From contig OX597818.1 of NCBI GenBank assembly GCA_951406725.2, positions 11,346,001 to 11,410,000 of the forward strand: a DNA stretch of 64,000 nt, written 5' to 3'. This DNA comes from Octopus vulgaris. Taxonomy: Eukaryota. Numbering within the stretch: position 1 is the first letter of the stretch; each line of letters starts with the position of its first letter. Position numbers and translations under genes: made by a program. Below the pieces are notes generated by a model that ran no database searches, was not told the DNA's origin, and saw only the letters and a program-made list of their open reading frames with translations. Positions 38,941 to 53,025 of the stretch are shown piece by piece.

Positions 38941-39612
38941 TATTGTCATTATTATTAATCCACTTCCATTCTCATTCCCTAATTTTTCCTTCTCATTCAT
39001 GCTCCTTCCTTTTTCATTTTATTCTTTGCTATTTTTAAAAAACTTTGTTGTCTTTATTTTTGTATCTTTTACTTGCTTATTTTCTTTTTCTTTACCTCCT
39101 CTTCCATTCCCCTTATTTTACCTACTCTTCCCCTTTTTACCCCTTCCTCTCTTTTCCTCTTCCATTTCTATTTTCCATCATATTCATCTAATTCTTTTTT
39201 TATGTCTTTCTTATCAATCTTTTATTATTATTATATTATTATTATTTTTGTTGTTTAGTCTATTTTGCCCTTCTTTCCTTCTCACAGAAACATCTCAAAT
39301 GAATGCCTCTCAGCTAATTCTTGAAACTAATCAATTAGATATATTGTAAAATTATTTTAAAATATTCTGACCGTGCCATCATCGTTATTACCAGTGCCAT
39401 CCATGCCTTTTGTTTGGTTTCTCCAGCTGTTGTTGAATGTTTCAACCACTCTGGGACAATACACCACCAACTTTTGTCCTCGTACTGTGTCAACCATCCA
39501 ACAAGCCTACTACTATTGGAACTACTGCTGCTGCTGCTATTCATTCTTTTCAGAATCTGAATGTCACATGTTCATTGTTTCTCTGTTCATCTTGCACTTG
39601 TATGTGAACTTC

Positions 39613-39667
<55 letters not shown>

Positions 39668-40369
39668 ATGTGTTGTTGTTGTTGTTCTCATACAAGAAAA
39701 CTGATATTTGGAGCTTCAAGGATAGCTGAAGCTGACTATGACAGTTATTTGTCTAAGTAAGCTCTCCTGAGAATTTGTGTGTGTGTGTGTGTTCTGCTCA
39801 TACAATAAGTGATATTTGTAACAAAAGTAGTATATAAATACAGTATTTATTTCATTATTTAATCTGAAGACAAGGAACAATACCTTTGGCCTTTGCAAGC
39901 CTTCACAGACTGATATAGTTGTTTTGTTTTTTAGTCTCAAGTCAGTGCTAATCAAGCAGACATACAATCAAAGGCATCCTATCCGTGACCATTTTCTCTT
40001 TTTTCTGTATATTAGTGAGTGTAGTTGTCAATTTAGTGCCGCTATTTCTAGCAGGTCAAGTGACCATTATAAAGTCTTGGTGTGCTTAATGCTGGTAGTT
40101 TGAACCTCTACAGATGCATGTCACTTAAGAGAATATGGAGAGGGCGGGATGGAGGGAGCAGAAGTCAGTACTGAGGAGGAAGGGTTGGGTGAAATGTCTA
40201 GTGTGGATTCCTGTAAGACACTAGGATGGAATCAGTGGTAAACAGTTCTCTGTGTATAAACAGCAGGAATAATTTGTCAAATGAAGAGACAAAAGGAGAA
40301 TACAGTGCTGTGTTAGGTTCATGGTCCTAGCATATAGGTAAATGAAGGCTACATAGGTTTAGTATCATA

Positions 40370-40745
40370 TTGCACTCCTACCTCTGATCATTCACCATTT
40401 CACTCTAACTTCTGGTTCATACAAGCATTGTCTATTTGATCTGTCTTTTCTAACTCAATTTCAGTGACTTTCTAATCCTCAGAGCTAGCTGGTTCCAAAC
40501 TACCTTCATACATGAATATACACTTAGGCCCTCCTCTTCACTCATCTCTCTTCCTCTCATGGCTTATATTGTATCTGCCCACCAGAATCTGTACTTATGA
40601 CTTCACCCAGTCTCTCAGAACATCATTCCTCCAGTATCCCCCTTTGTCCTCAGGTTTTTTTTTTCCATATCTCCAGTTTTTGGCTTTCAATTATTCAAGA
40701 AGAATAGCAGTTACATCAACCTCACCTGGTCAGCAAAGGCCATGA
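40370..40745 (+). mobile_element. Possible heavily decayed Penelope-like fragment (post-RT region)
   Basis: Traces S.HSP.HS..IQAL and FF.YLQFLAF..NL..HLV resemble PLE thumb/linker motifs; many frameshifts. Confidence 0.3.
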
Positions 40746-42317
40746 GCTCACCCACTTCTCTATTAAAAATAACTGTAAATTTATGCATTGATTTCTCCCT
40801 TTCTTGGTTTCAAATTCAAAATCTACCAGAGTCAGCTTTGTCTTTTATTTCTCCAGGTTTGATCTTATAAAAACCAGTAAATTATAACTGTTACTAAGAA
40901 TTGAACTTAACTAATTGAATGAAAAAAGGATCTTTATATTTTGTCAAATGTATTTTTGATATGGGGTACATATTCCATCAACCAAATTCACTCAATAGAC
41001 ATTGGTTGACCCAGGTACACTTAACAACGTTTATTACTGTCATTATCATCATGATTATCATTTAACATCCATTTTTCTAAGCTTTCTCAAGCATATGTCC
41101 CACCACATATTTTGTACTTCTTCATCTGTATAGTAGTACTGCTTGGTACTTCTTTACTCAATTGTCATCCTTCTTTGCCAGCACAGACTTGTGATGCAGA
41201 CTGCATCTGAATCCTCTTATACCCACCATTCATGCACATTAGAATAACACATTAACAGAGCTTACTCACCTCATTTCTTTCCATACTTGTAGGGAGTCAA
41301 AGACTATTTAATGTGTCCTTTCCTGAAACATTGGAGCATTAAGGATTTAAGGAAGATTTAGTTGTTGTTTCTAGCACATAAAATCTCCCTTTTTGGCTCA
41401 TGACTATATTAGAAGCTATGTGCATGTCTGTGTATGTTTTTTGCATGCATGATTTTGTGTGTGTGCGTGTATGTGAAAAGCAGTAATAGCTTCTTCAGTT
41501 GTAACTCAAGGTTAGGCAATGTAAATTTTAACCTACTGGTGTTTTTTCACATTATTGTTTTATTTACATTTACTCTCCATCCAAATATATCTCCATGACT
41601 CCAGTTCATTCCCTTCTAAATTTAAATGCCAAAATGTCAAATTCCCTCTGAGTCCCTGTCTACTTTTCCTACCTTCACCTTCATTCCAACCATTACCATT
41701 AAATTTTGATCACAACTGAAATTTTCAACAACTTTCACTTGTTGTTGTTATTACCATTGAGCCTTCAGGACAAAGCACAGACATCCCTGTCATAACTATC
41801 TACTGCTTTTTTTTTGTTTGTTTTCTCATTGTCTCCTTTTTGTTTCAGACATTAGAATGTTGTCATGCTGAGGCACTGTGTTAAAGGGTTTAGTTGAACA
41901 AGTCAACCCTAGAGCTTATTTTTTTTAAAGTCTAGTACTTATTCTATCAGTCTCCTTCTCCAAACTGCTAACTTGTGGTTGTCAAACTGGGAAACACACA
42001 CACACACATATATGTGCATGATGATCTTCCATACAGTTTCCATCAACCAAAATTCACTCAAGGGATATTGGTCGGCCCAGGGTTGAACTGGAAGATGCTA
42101 TGCAGTAGGACTGAACCTGAAACCACTTGGTTGAAAAGTGATCTTCTTAACCATACTTATTGTTATTATTATTATTAATAATAATAGTAATAATAATATA
42201 ATCAGCTTCAGCTATTTAAAAAAAAAGGATAGGAATATTTATATTTGTATGATTCTTTTTATAGTCAGACTATCTTGCATACTTCAGTCTCACCCCGCTG
42301 CTCTCTGTATACATGCT

Positions 42318-42369
<52 letters not shown>

Positions 42370-43557
42370 TACATACATACATACCCACCCACCCCACTTG
42401 TTGTTAGGCTATCAAAAGCATGTTTGAAGACAGACATTTTGACTCTTATCTGAGGCTGATTCTCCTAGTTGAGTCAGTTGAAAAACTCCAAGGGAAGCTT
42501 GCAATCTGATACAGACATGCACATATTTATTTACATATACACATTTGTATAAACCACACTGAAACACACATTTTGAACAGACATGTCTTGCAAATGCCTT
42601 CATATTTTATTTATACTGTTGAAATCATTTCCATACATTACAAGGTGGCATTTTTCAATATATCTGCTGCAAAATTTTGTATAAACTGAAAATAAAATTA
42701 ATTAGAATAGAACTTAATATATTAATAATATATCAATCTGGTATGTTAACTCTAGTGAAAGAAAAAGTCTTAATCAATAACAGCATCTTTTATTATGTTG
42801 CCAACCAATCTTTCTTTTACTATTTTGCTGATTTCAATCATTGGATTGCAGCCATGCTGTGGCACCAGCTTCAAGGAGTGAATGTTAGAGTTGCTTTTTG
42901 TCATTTTACCTGCAAGAAATAGAAGCCAAATTTTCTAAATCATCTTCAGATCCTATCCTGCTGTCTTAATCAAAGATATGACAGGCATTGTAGATTTTGG
43001 TTTAAAACAGGTCACAGACAGAATGCTTTCAATTACAGGTTTTAAAGGGTTTGCCTGGATCTAAAACAATAGAAATAGCAATAATAACAATGACCACCTT
43101 CATTTAGTTGATTATAGTTACCCTTATAATTGTAGTTTGTTATATCATTTATCAACTTGAGAAGGATGAAATGCAATGTGGACCAGGGTAGGAATCCAAA
43201 CTCATATGGAAAGGGAATAACTAAATACCACGTGGTGTTTAGCACAATACTCCCCTAATTTGCTGTAACATTACTTATTCATTGGATCAACAGGTCCATT
43301 GTTTCAACTTGAACTTCTAACTTGATTATTTGCTGTACAGCCACATTAGTATTTACACTACAAACAGAATGAAGCAAAAAAAAGTTAAAAAAAACAAAAC
43401 AATGTCATCCATTTTCAAGGCAAAAAAAAATAACAAACAAAAAAGGGAGGGGAGTTGATCACCATTTTGTTTAGTGTTCTTTTTGTTTTGTTTTGTTCTT
43501 TTTTTTTTATTTCTTTCTATTGTTTATCATTTTGCACCTTTGACAACTCCGATACAG

Positions 43558-43608
43558 GTATCTTCAGACTGCAGTCAGTGTATACATTATTGCCACATGG
43601 AACCTCAG
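43558..43608 (+). CDS. Candidate 51-nt symmetric cassette exon (VSSDCSQCIHYCHMEPQ or GIFRLQSVYTLLPHGTS)
   Basis: AG-free pyrimidine tract of more than 70 nt ending GATACAG, CAG|GTAAAC donor, length divisible by 3, open in two frames. Confidence 0.5.
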
Positions 43609-43976
43609 GTAAACATAGTTTAGCTTTTGTGAATATAAGTGGGTGACTGAGGGGGCATGTTTGCATGGACATACGTCTGAGTGTCTACATGAATGTGTAA
43701 TAACATATTATCACATACATACATATTATGACATATATATTATGATATATGTATGTGTATGTATACATATGCATGTATATGTGTCTTATATATATACACA
43801 CATATATTTTTTGCTTTCCAAGATAGGGATGAACACCAGTGTCCCATGAGGCAAGCATGATAGTTGCTGAGTTTTGTCTCAGCATGTTAACCCACAAATA
43901 AAGAATATTTATCCACCAATGCAGTGTTGAGCACTCATTCTCAGTGTTCGATAATAGCATGTGTGTATGAGTGTTA

Positions 43977-44011
<35 letters not shown>

Positions 44012-44284
44012 GCACACACACGCATATAGTAACATATTGTATAGCTACAAAAATTGTTAGCTTCAAAATTTTAAGAATATCACCTATTACCACAGGATCA
44101 CCTGAATAACACCAGAGAATATAACAGCTGAAATGTTAGATGTCTGTCATATTCAATAATTTTTTTTTTTATATATATTTCGAACCAAACATTTTATTCA
44201 GTCTATGGAAGTAGATTCTGTCTATGCCAGATATTAGCTATTCTCATGTTTTTGATGTTTCTTGAATATACCTAGTGTTTGTGT

Positions 44285-44339
<55 letters not shown>

Positions 44340-44797
44340 CTTCACTGACTCAGAAAAATATCTGACAATCTATTCTAGTGAATTGAATAAAGGGTTTGAA
44401 ATTCTGAGAACTTTACGAAATGTAGCAGGCAGCTGATGAAGGCTGCTGAGTACAAAAGCCAAAACATTATCTGTGCAACAACAACTGGTTTGAGAACTCT
44501 AGTTGGTATATATTAGTGTATAATATTTCTTTATCTTAGATAGTAATTATTCATCCCAGAAATTCAAACAAATTTTACTTAACCATTACTTTTAAGTAGC
44601 ATTATATTTATGTCTTGTAATAACTTTGTAGAGAACATAAGATTGACTAAATGTAATATTTCTGATCTATAGTTCTCAGGATAACATACAGATAGCTTTT
44701 TATTTAATACCAAACTCTCAGTTTTGATTACAAATGTACAGTAGGATGAAACTATTATTTATGCATGTATGCCCGTGTGAGGGAGAGAGTGACTTTA

Positions 44798-44840
<43 letters not shown>

Positions 44841-45419
44841 TACCAACTCAGATACTCCAATAACTGGTGCAATACTTTAACAAGATTACTAACAGATTTG
44901 AAAGAAAGTTATATCTATATCTTTCTTTGTTTCTATGCGATATCTTTAAATACTGTGGCCAATTTTTTGTTTTTAAAATTTCTTTTGAAATATAACACAG
45001 ATATCTTCCACAGAAGTAACCTATAAAGCTATTGTTAAACCTGAGAGGAAGGTAACTATTTTATGTCTCAGCTTGTTTTGTTTCAAGCATTATGATGATA
45101 ATGATGCTGATGATGATCACATGAAAGAATGCATTCTGTTGCTTAAAACAATAATTATAATAATAGGAGAAATTGTAATTATCAATAATGATTTCTTTAT
45201 AAAAGTAATCAACAACAAAAGCAACAATATTGACAAAATTAACAGTAGTAATTATAAGAATATTAATATTGATATCAGTAGTTATAGTAGTAGTAGTAGT
45301 TGTTGTTGTAGTGGTGGCGGTGGTGGTAGTGGTATTACCTTTTCCTCATTTTTGTTGCATTTATTTATTTTGTTAAATTTATTTAGATGATGATGATAAT
45401 AATAATAATAATAATAATA

Positions 45420-45870
45420 ATAATCCTTTCTACTATAGACACAAAGCCTGAAATTTGGGGGAGGCAGTAGTCAATTACATCGACCTCTGTACTCAACTGG
45501 TATTATTTTGTAGACCACAAAAGGATGAAAGGCAAAGTCAACCTCAGCTGAATTTGAACTCAGAAAATGAAGACATATGAAAGGCTGCTAAGCATTTCAC
45601 CCATCATTCAAATGATTCTGCCAGCTAAATAATAATGGTTTCAAATTTTGGCACAAAACCAGCAAATGATTTTAAATTTTGGCAATTCTGAGAGTAAGGA
45701 GAAGTTGACTAACATTGACTCCAGTGCTTAAATGGTACTTATTTCATTGTCCCCCATAAGATGAAAAGCAAAGTCAACCTCAGTGGAATTTGAACTCAGA
45801 ACATAAAGACAAATGAAATTCCACTGACATTTTGCCCAGCATGTTAATGGTTCTGCCAGCTCACTGCCTT
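45420..45870 (-). mobile_element. Two tandem SINE family B copies in (AAT)n context
   Basis: GATGAAAGGCAAAGTCAACCTC..GAATTTGAACTCAG..GATTCTGCCAGCT twice; a similar tandem pair lies at 51290-51685 and on the + strand at 29810-30205. Confidence 0.85.
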
Positions 45871-46340
45871 ATAATAATATAAATAATAATAATATATTGC
45901 CATCTGTAAATAACACACACTGAACACATTTAACTGATGTGTTGAACCACATGAGACTTGAATACAGATGCTATAAGAGGATAATCAACTACAGTTTGTA
46001 TGTAGATGACCATGTTACATGATACAGATGAGAAATACTTAGAAACACAGATTTAATACAAGGATTCATATTAGAAAAATTCATTGAGGCAACCTTGAAA
46101 AGAAATAAATTAAACCAGATATATTATGCTGGGTAAAGAAGCAAATACTTTGGAATCAATGAACTTGATGAATGATAGTATACATGACTGAAAGAAAGGT
46201 TTGGAAAAGAACATCATAAATACTTAAATTGTGCTAAATACAAAAATTACAAAAAAAAAAAGGTATTAATACTGTAGCTGTCCCAGCACTAAGTTGTAAT
46301 ATTCTCAGTTTGAACACTAAAGACATAACAATTATTATTA

Positions 46341-46371
<31 letters not shown>

Positions 46372-46388
46372 TATTAATATCATTATTA

Positions 46389-46442
<54 letters not shown>

Positions 46443-46562
46443 GTGTCTAATCTAACAAATTCCCAAAGGTATTATTAAACCTGAGGGGAAAATAGCTATT
46501 TTGTATCTCATCTTGTTTTTATCTCGAGCATGATAATAATGATAGACAAACAAAACAGAAAA

Positions 46563-47430
46563 TCAGGACTCAAAGTTGAGACTGGAGGATTTGTGTTTGT
46601 TGTACAGGATCAAAGCCTTCCTGCTAGAAACTACCAGAAGCATGTAATAAAGTAGAATACATTTAAGACATTGCAGAATATGATGAGTTTTGAAAGAAAC
46701 AACTATGTTATTGCTGGCTGCCCAGTTTTAAACATGAGAGAATATGTTTACATGTATGATACAAGCTGGAACTATCATACACTGGGACATTGTACCAGCA
46801 TTATGAAATACCAACAGAAAATAAATGATATAAAGATATACTAGAAAAGGTATCAGAATGACCAAATCATCACACTCTGGGATAGGCTAATTCACAGACA
46901 GGAATACCAAATTTAATTGACTAGATACTGTTAAGAACTTCCAGGATATGAAATGTCTCTTATTTGAAATATGTAACCCTAACTCAACAGATTATAATGA
47001 ATCTCATGTAGAAAAGATAAAATTATCCAAAGATAAAGATCAGAAAACAGACATTACCCAAATCTGGAACTGAAATCAGAAACAATCTCTATAATAAAAG
47101 GTGCAAAACCCAGGAGTTGCACAAAATATCTGAGGGATCTTTATGAAGTAGAAATAAATGTTTTCAAGAAACAACTTGATTTCCTGCTGTCCACGATCCC
47201 AGATGAAACTATACCGTAGATAGAAACTCAAAAGAGAGCAGCAGTATCAAACTCCCTTCTTTACCAAATGCCAATCACATAAGAACGGTCATTGAAAAAG
47301 TGATTACACTGATGGTGCCCCAGAATGGTTGAGGCCTATGGGATGATGTGTATTAAAGAATAAAAGAGCAATATGCAGAAAATAGCAATACTAAGCACTG
47401 TGCATATATAATATAGAGTATTCGCATTGT
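46563..47430 (+). mobile_element. R4/Dong-like RLE LINE 3' fragment, decayed
   Basis: GLKVETGGFVFVVQDQSLPARNYQKHV, CRI..YVIAGCPVL (CCHC knuckle remnant), IHWDI, TLWDRLIH, KLSKDKD, and terminal MQKIAILSTVHI. Confidence 0.82.
47105..47365 (+). mobile_element. CR1/L2-group LINE 3' end nested in the R4-like element
   Basis: KYLRDL..VFKKQLDFLLSTIPDE..RAAVSNSLLYQ is typical of CR1-group RT C-termini, followed by a short 3' UTR; it splits the host between IIKGA and MQKIAIL. Confidence 0.75.
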
Positions 47431-47674
47431 GACAGAAGGAACAAAACATTATGTCTGAAGGTATAACAGCAGCTACAACACAAATACAACTATTTGTTGG
47501 ATGCCATTCCTGTCACCAACCCTCAAAGAAGATGCCACTTCTCCATAACCAAACATGTTTTCATAGAAGATAAGTAATGAAGGACGCTACTTGTGTTATG
47601 TTAACAAGTACCATGCTATTACAAGAGAAGGAGAAACAAATACGTCCATAGATGTGTGTGCATGGTGTGTGTGA

Positions 47675-47753
<79 letters not shown>

Positions 47754-48582
47754 AAGGAACAAAACAGGTTTCTTTCAGTTTCAGTCTGTCAAATCTACTC
47801 ACAAATCTTTTGCTAGCCCAGGGCATAGCAGTAGATGCCCAGGAGCCACAAAGGCATGCTAGCACCTTACAACTACATGCCTACTACTGTAAAATAATCA
47901 AAACAATAATAGTAATACTTCTGCTAATAACAATTGTAGTCATTATAGCTTGCTGAAACATTCAAATCTATTTTAAAATTTGCACTATTCTGTTTCATCA
48001 GCTATAAATCCATTTTCCTATGATACAATTGTAGATTGGTTTGTTTTAGTTTGTAGTACAAATAGTTGTAGGCTTGATTTATTGGTTGGGCATGTTCTTT
48101 GTTTAGTTCCTTTACTATCAGTTTGTTTCATTTCTGTTTTTCTTTGTTTTATTTTTTTTTTGTTTTGTTTTTTTTTCAATTTATTTGGAGGAGAGGAAGC
48201 AATTTTCTCTTTGTTATTTCCAATAATTAAACTAATTATTGTAAGTAATTAGTTGTTTGTATTTTACATTTCACACACTCTCATTTAGTTTGACAAATAA
48301 TAGTAATTCTAGCATCTCTTAACAGCTGTATGATTAAGTTTATGCTTTATGGCCTCCCAGTTCTGAGTTGAATTTCATTTGTTTGTGCGGCACAATGGGC
48401 AAATGACCAATGTCTTGTGAAATTTGGTAGATAGAAATTGTGTTAGACCTCTTTACACACTCTCTCTCTCTCTCTCACACACACACATGTTTGTGTGTGA
48501 ATGGATATATATATTCTGTAAATGCAATGTGTGTGTGAAAAATGACCAAAAATTATTGCTTCAATTAAAAAAATTGCCTATA

Positions 48583-48965
48583 CTCTTTTATTTGTTTCAG
48601 TCATTTGACTGTGGCCATGCTGGAGCACCGGCTTTAGTCAAGCAAATCGACCCCAGGACTTATTCTTTGTAAGTCTAGTACTTATTCTATCGGTCTCTCT
48701 TGCCGAACCGCTAAGTTATGGGGACATAAACACACCACCATCGGTTGTCAAGTAATGTTGGTGGGGACAAACATAAACACACACATACATATATATACAT
48801 ATATACGATGGGCTTCTTTCAGTTTCTGTCTACCAAATCCACTCACAAAGCTTTGGTTGGCCTAAGGCTGTAGTAGAAGACACTTGCCCAAGGTGCCACA
48901 TAGTGGGAATGAACCCGGAACCATGTGGTTGGTAAGCAAGCTACTTACCACACAGCCACTCCTGC
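48583..48965 (-). mobile_element. SINE family A, best-preserved copy (tRNA head, CORE-like segment, internal microsatellite)
   Basis: Reverse complement starts AGGAGTGGCTGTGTGG (A box)..GGTTCATTCCC (B box)..GGCACCTTGGGCAAGTGTCTT; resembles octopus OK/OR-type SINEs. Confidence 0.9.
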
Positions 48966-51900
48966 ACCTATGAGTATTTTATTTCTTTACCCCCACCTAC
49001 ACACACACACACACACACTCTCATGTTGTGCATAGACTCCCTTGTCAGAAATGCAGTGGAACGATAATTGGCATTTCTAGAAACTTATAACCAATGGTGC
49101 TATTGTTCACAAATGCCTGATACAAAAGTTTTTTGTTCAATTATGAACATATCTAAATAATAGCAGTTCAAGGCAGTTAGGAAGCATATACATGTTCACT
49201 TGACCTGCTTGAAATTGCTACCCCATTTCTCTCATATAACACTCAACCATCTTAAATATGCAAGGGACACATTGGATAATATAAAGTCTAGCTATATAAT
49301 GATAGAAATTTGGGGGAAAGGAGGTTACTTGATTATTTTTATCAACCCCAGTACTTGACTGGTACTTATTTTATCAAGCCCCAAAGGGATGAAAGGCAAA
49401 GTCAATCTTATCAGAATTTGATCTCAGAATATAAAGCCAGAAAAATGTCATTAAGCATTTTGTCTAGCATGCTAATGATTCTGCCAGCTCTTTGCCTTAA
49501 TTCTAGATATTTAATGGATGTGAAACACGAGATGTTTGTGGATGGAAGACTTTTGAACATAACTTTTCTTTGTCAGAGTCGACCAGGTGTTAAATAAGAA
49601 TTGTAACAACAGTTTATTTAAGGAACAGTTCTTAACTAAAGCAAAAATAAGACGTAGAGTAAATTTTGTTGATTTGTTTTTTAAATATCTTCTGATAGAT
49701 GTTGAATATGAGATAGGAATACATATAATTGAATGGGTGTCTAAGTTATTTTCTCAACAATTATACCTCCATATGCCAAAGAGTGTACATCAATTAATTA
49801 CTAATTCTCTTATCACCACTTCATTAAGTACAATGAATTCTATGGCTTACTGATGAGCTTATAATATGACTGAAACATGTCTTCTGTTCTTGTTGAAATA
49901 ATTGAAATAATATAGAACATTGACTTATGTTTTACTTTCTTCTGATTTTTTTTCAATTATTTGTTGTTAGATTTATAATGCCATTAAATATTTTAGCTTT
50001 AAAGCATTATATATGTTGATATTGTGATTACTAGAGAACCAATGCAGTATGGGCTATGAATGAATAAATAAATATATGAAATGATAACTTTATGTATTTA
50101 GTTTCTTTCTGAAATTAGATGCCACACAAGGGTTGCTTGGCAGATTGGGGTCTGGATTGAACCAATGTGTTCCATTGCCACTTAACTCATTATAGTCCAC
50201 ATACCTCTCTCTCCCAAACTGCAAAATGGTAGAAGCAGAAGACCACTTATTAAAATGTAAGCAAGTATCTACCTAAGTACAAACTCATTTCCATAATGGT
50301 ACATGGACAAGGGCAAGACAATAATTACTTGTGTGTTGATACTGAGTAGGTTATGAATAAATAAAGCTACATATGAATTAGGCTCCATGTTTAGTACAAG
50401 TATTTTGTCATGCTGTGAAATTGGGTCCTGTCAAAGCTTGGAATGAGAATTGATTAGCAACTCATTCCTGATTAGTTGTTGAGGAACTAACAAAACTGGT
50501 TGGTTTGATCCTCATCATAAGGTGACAAGGTTCTCATGGAGCCTAACTTTATACAGTAAGACTAAATACAGTAAACATGACTCTAGTTCATCTTGTCTTC
50601 ATTCACATATCTGGTGTATTATGGGAGCATAAATCCCTCAACTACTTGATTGATATTTTATCAATGCTGGAAGGAGGAAAGGTGTAGCTGACCTTCATAA
50701 AATTTGAACTCAGTACATAGTGCGCCATAACTAAATATAATTAGATTTTTGTTATGTTTTTTTTTTTTAATATGAGGTCAAGAAAGACAAACTACTCTTG
50801 TCTGAATTCAATTGTTTTGGTCAACCTAATGAATTTTATTTAACAAATTTTGGCAGTGCTCTTTAGTACTTAAATAACACTGCTTTACAACTTAGCTAAT
50901 TTTCAGTGGTTGAGTTTCCTGTTACCAAAAGCAAAAGAAATTAAGAGAAAATCAACATCCACAATTTGTTATATAGATAAAAAATCAAGAAACACACGCT
51001 TATGTAAATGGTTTAGTTAGAGCTGAAGGGGAGTACCTATTGCCCTTTTCAAGGTCTTCATGATAAGTTGGAGGAAGAGAGAAATTTATGCTTAATCTTG
51101 TTATTTTGTAGCATACAGAATAGAATAATTTATAAAATAAAATTTATTCACATTCTTCTCTACAAAAGTGAATGAATCCAAACATGCCATATTAGAAACA
51201 TTTGAACCAAATATTTTGCTTCACTTATCTCCTTATTACACTAGTGGGTTTTTGTAAATATATTTTGGTGGAATAATTATATAAATAGTTTCGAACTTTA
51301 GCACAAGGCCAGCAATTTCAGTGCTTTACTGGTACCCACATTATTGACCCCCACCCAAGGTTAAAAGGCAAAGTCAACCTCAGAATGTATGAACCAAAAG
51401 AAATACTGCACAGCATTTTTTACTGATGTTCTAACAATTCTGCCAGCTTTCCACCTTTGTAATAATAGTAGTGGTAACAATAATTCTTTCAAATTTTGGC
51501 ACTTGGTAAGCAATTTTTAGGGGAAGGAGGTTAGTTAATTGACCCTAGTGGTTGATTGGTAATTTATTTAATCATCTCCCACTCCCCCTAAGATAAAAGG
51601 CAAAGTTGGCCTTGGCAGGATTTGAACAAATAATGCAAAGCATCTTTTTCCTGAAACTTTTATGATTTTACCAACTTACTGCCAGAAAAAAAAAAAAAAC
51701 CCTTGTGTATTTTTATTCTACAGAAAAGACCTGAAGGGAAAGTAACAGATTTTATTGGTAGGAATATGACACAAAGAATATTCAAAGAACCAGTCTCAAA
51801 GGCACAACACTGCCAGTAAATAGAACCAAGAATTAGCTTTGATGTAAAGTGATAAATGTTTATGCATTTTCTTTCAAACTAACTGAGATAAGTATTCTTA

Positions 51901-52720
51901 CCTATAATTATAGACTGTGGTGATTATAGTCTAGCTTGGCTCAGCACACTTCATACAAATCAAACAAGACATGACTATGTATGAGGCACAGGAATTTTGA
52001 TGGATGTTTTACCAACCAGAGTATTCAAGTCAGTTTTAGTGGGGAAATACTTAATAATAAAGCAGCAAAAGACTTTATCATGATCGTCAATATTTTAATG
52101 TCCATTTTTCCATGCTAACTTGGGGGTTGAACAGGTGTGAAATATAACATCTCGACACTCATTATTGTGTAATTATGTCACAGGTTCATTATCTTAAGAT
52201 TTTACATTGCCTTTTTCTGCCAGTTTTTGTTTTTTTTTATCTTCATCTGCCAATAATTCATTTCTCTTTTGCCCAACACTCATCTCTTTGGCATCACATA
52301 TCTATACCAGCACAGTCATCCCTCCTACAAACAAGTGTCTTTGATGCTTGGCCTCTCTCTCTCTCTCTCTCTCCTCATTCATGCTCCACTAATCTTGCAA
52401 GTTAATGTTACACATTCAAAATATCAAGCTGCTCATGAATCTCTCCAGCTGGCCTCATTTGATGTACATGTCACATTACAAAATAGCTTCATACTCCTTA
52501 CACACTATCGCTTACCATCTTTCCTGTCAGTACTGCTGTTGCTGAATATTATAGTTCACTTCTTCTATTGATGCTGGCATTTTAAGATGTACTGATTGAC
52601 TTGAATGCTGCACAGATCTGAAAAACTGTTTATAACAGGAAGCATAATTCTTAGCAAGCTTAAGTAAATCATGAAGGTAAAATAAAAATACTACACAAAA
52701 TCCTTATTTAAATACATGTA

Positions 52721-53025
52721 CAGGGGTTGGATGAAATAATGGAAACACCTTAAAATTTCGAACAAATTTCTTTTAATATGGGGTAGGACTGCCTTTGGCA
52801 GTAATTACAGCTTGAATTCTATGAGGTACGGACTCGTACAAAGTTTGAATTGTTTCCAAAGGAATTTTTCTCCATTCTTCAGCTTAAATAGTCTCCAGTT
52901 CTTGTAGTGATGATGGCGGAAGATATCGACTCCTTACTTGTTTTTCTAAAAATGCACCATAAATGTTCAATAATATTGAGATCTGAGGACAGTGGTGGCC
53001 AGATAAAATGTTCAACTTCACTAGA
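52721..53025 (-). mobile_element. Tc1-family transposon 3' end fragment
   Basis: - strand WPPLSSDLNIIEHLW..SLQELE..EEWRKIPLETIQTLYESVPHRIQAVITAKGSPTPY*, then a TIR ending at TA|CAGGGGTTGG. Confidence 0.9.

Noticed and set aside
38552-39349. 265-aa hydrophobic ORF resembling a membrane protein
   Set aside because: Derived from (ATT)n and pyrimidine-rich low-complexity sequence
48900-48965. tRNA-like A and B boxes
   Set aside because: SINE head, not a tRNA gene; no acceptor stem, and it continues into the SINE body
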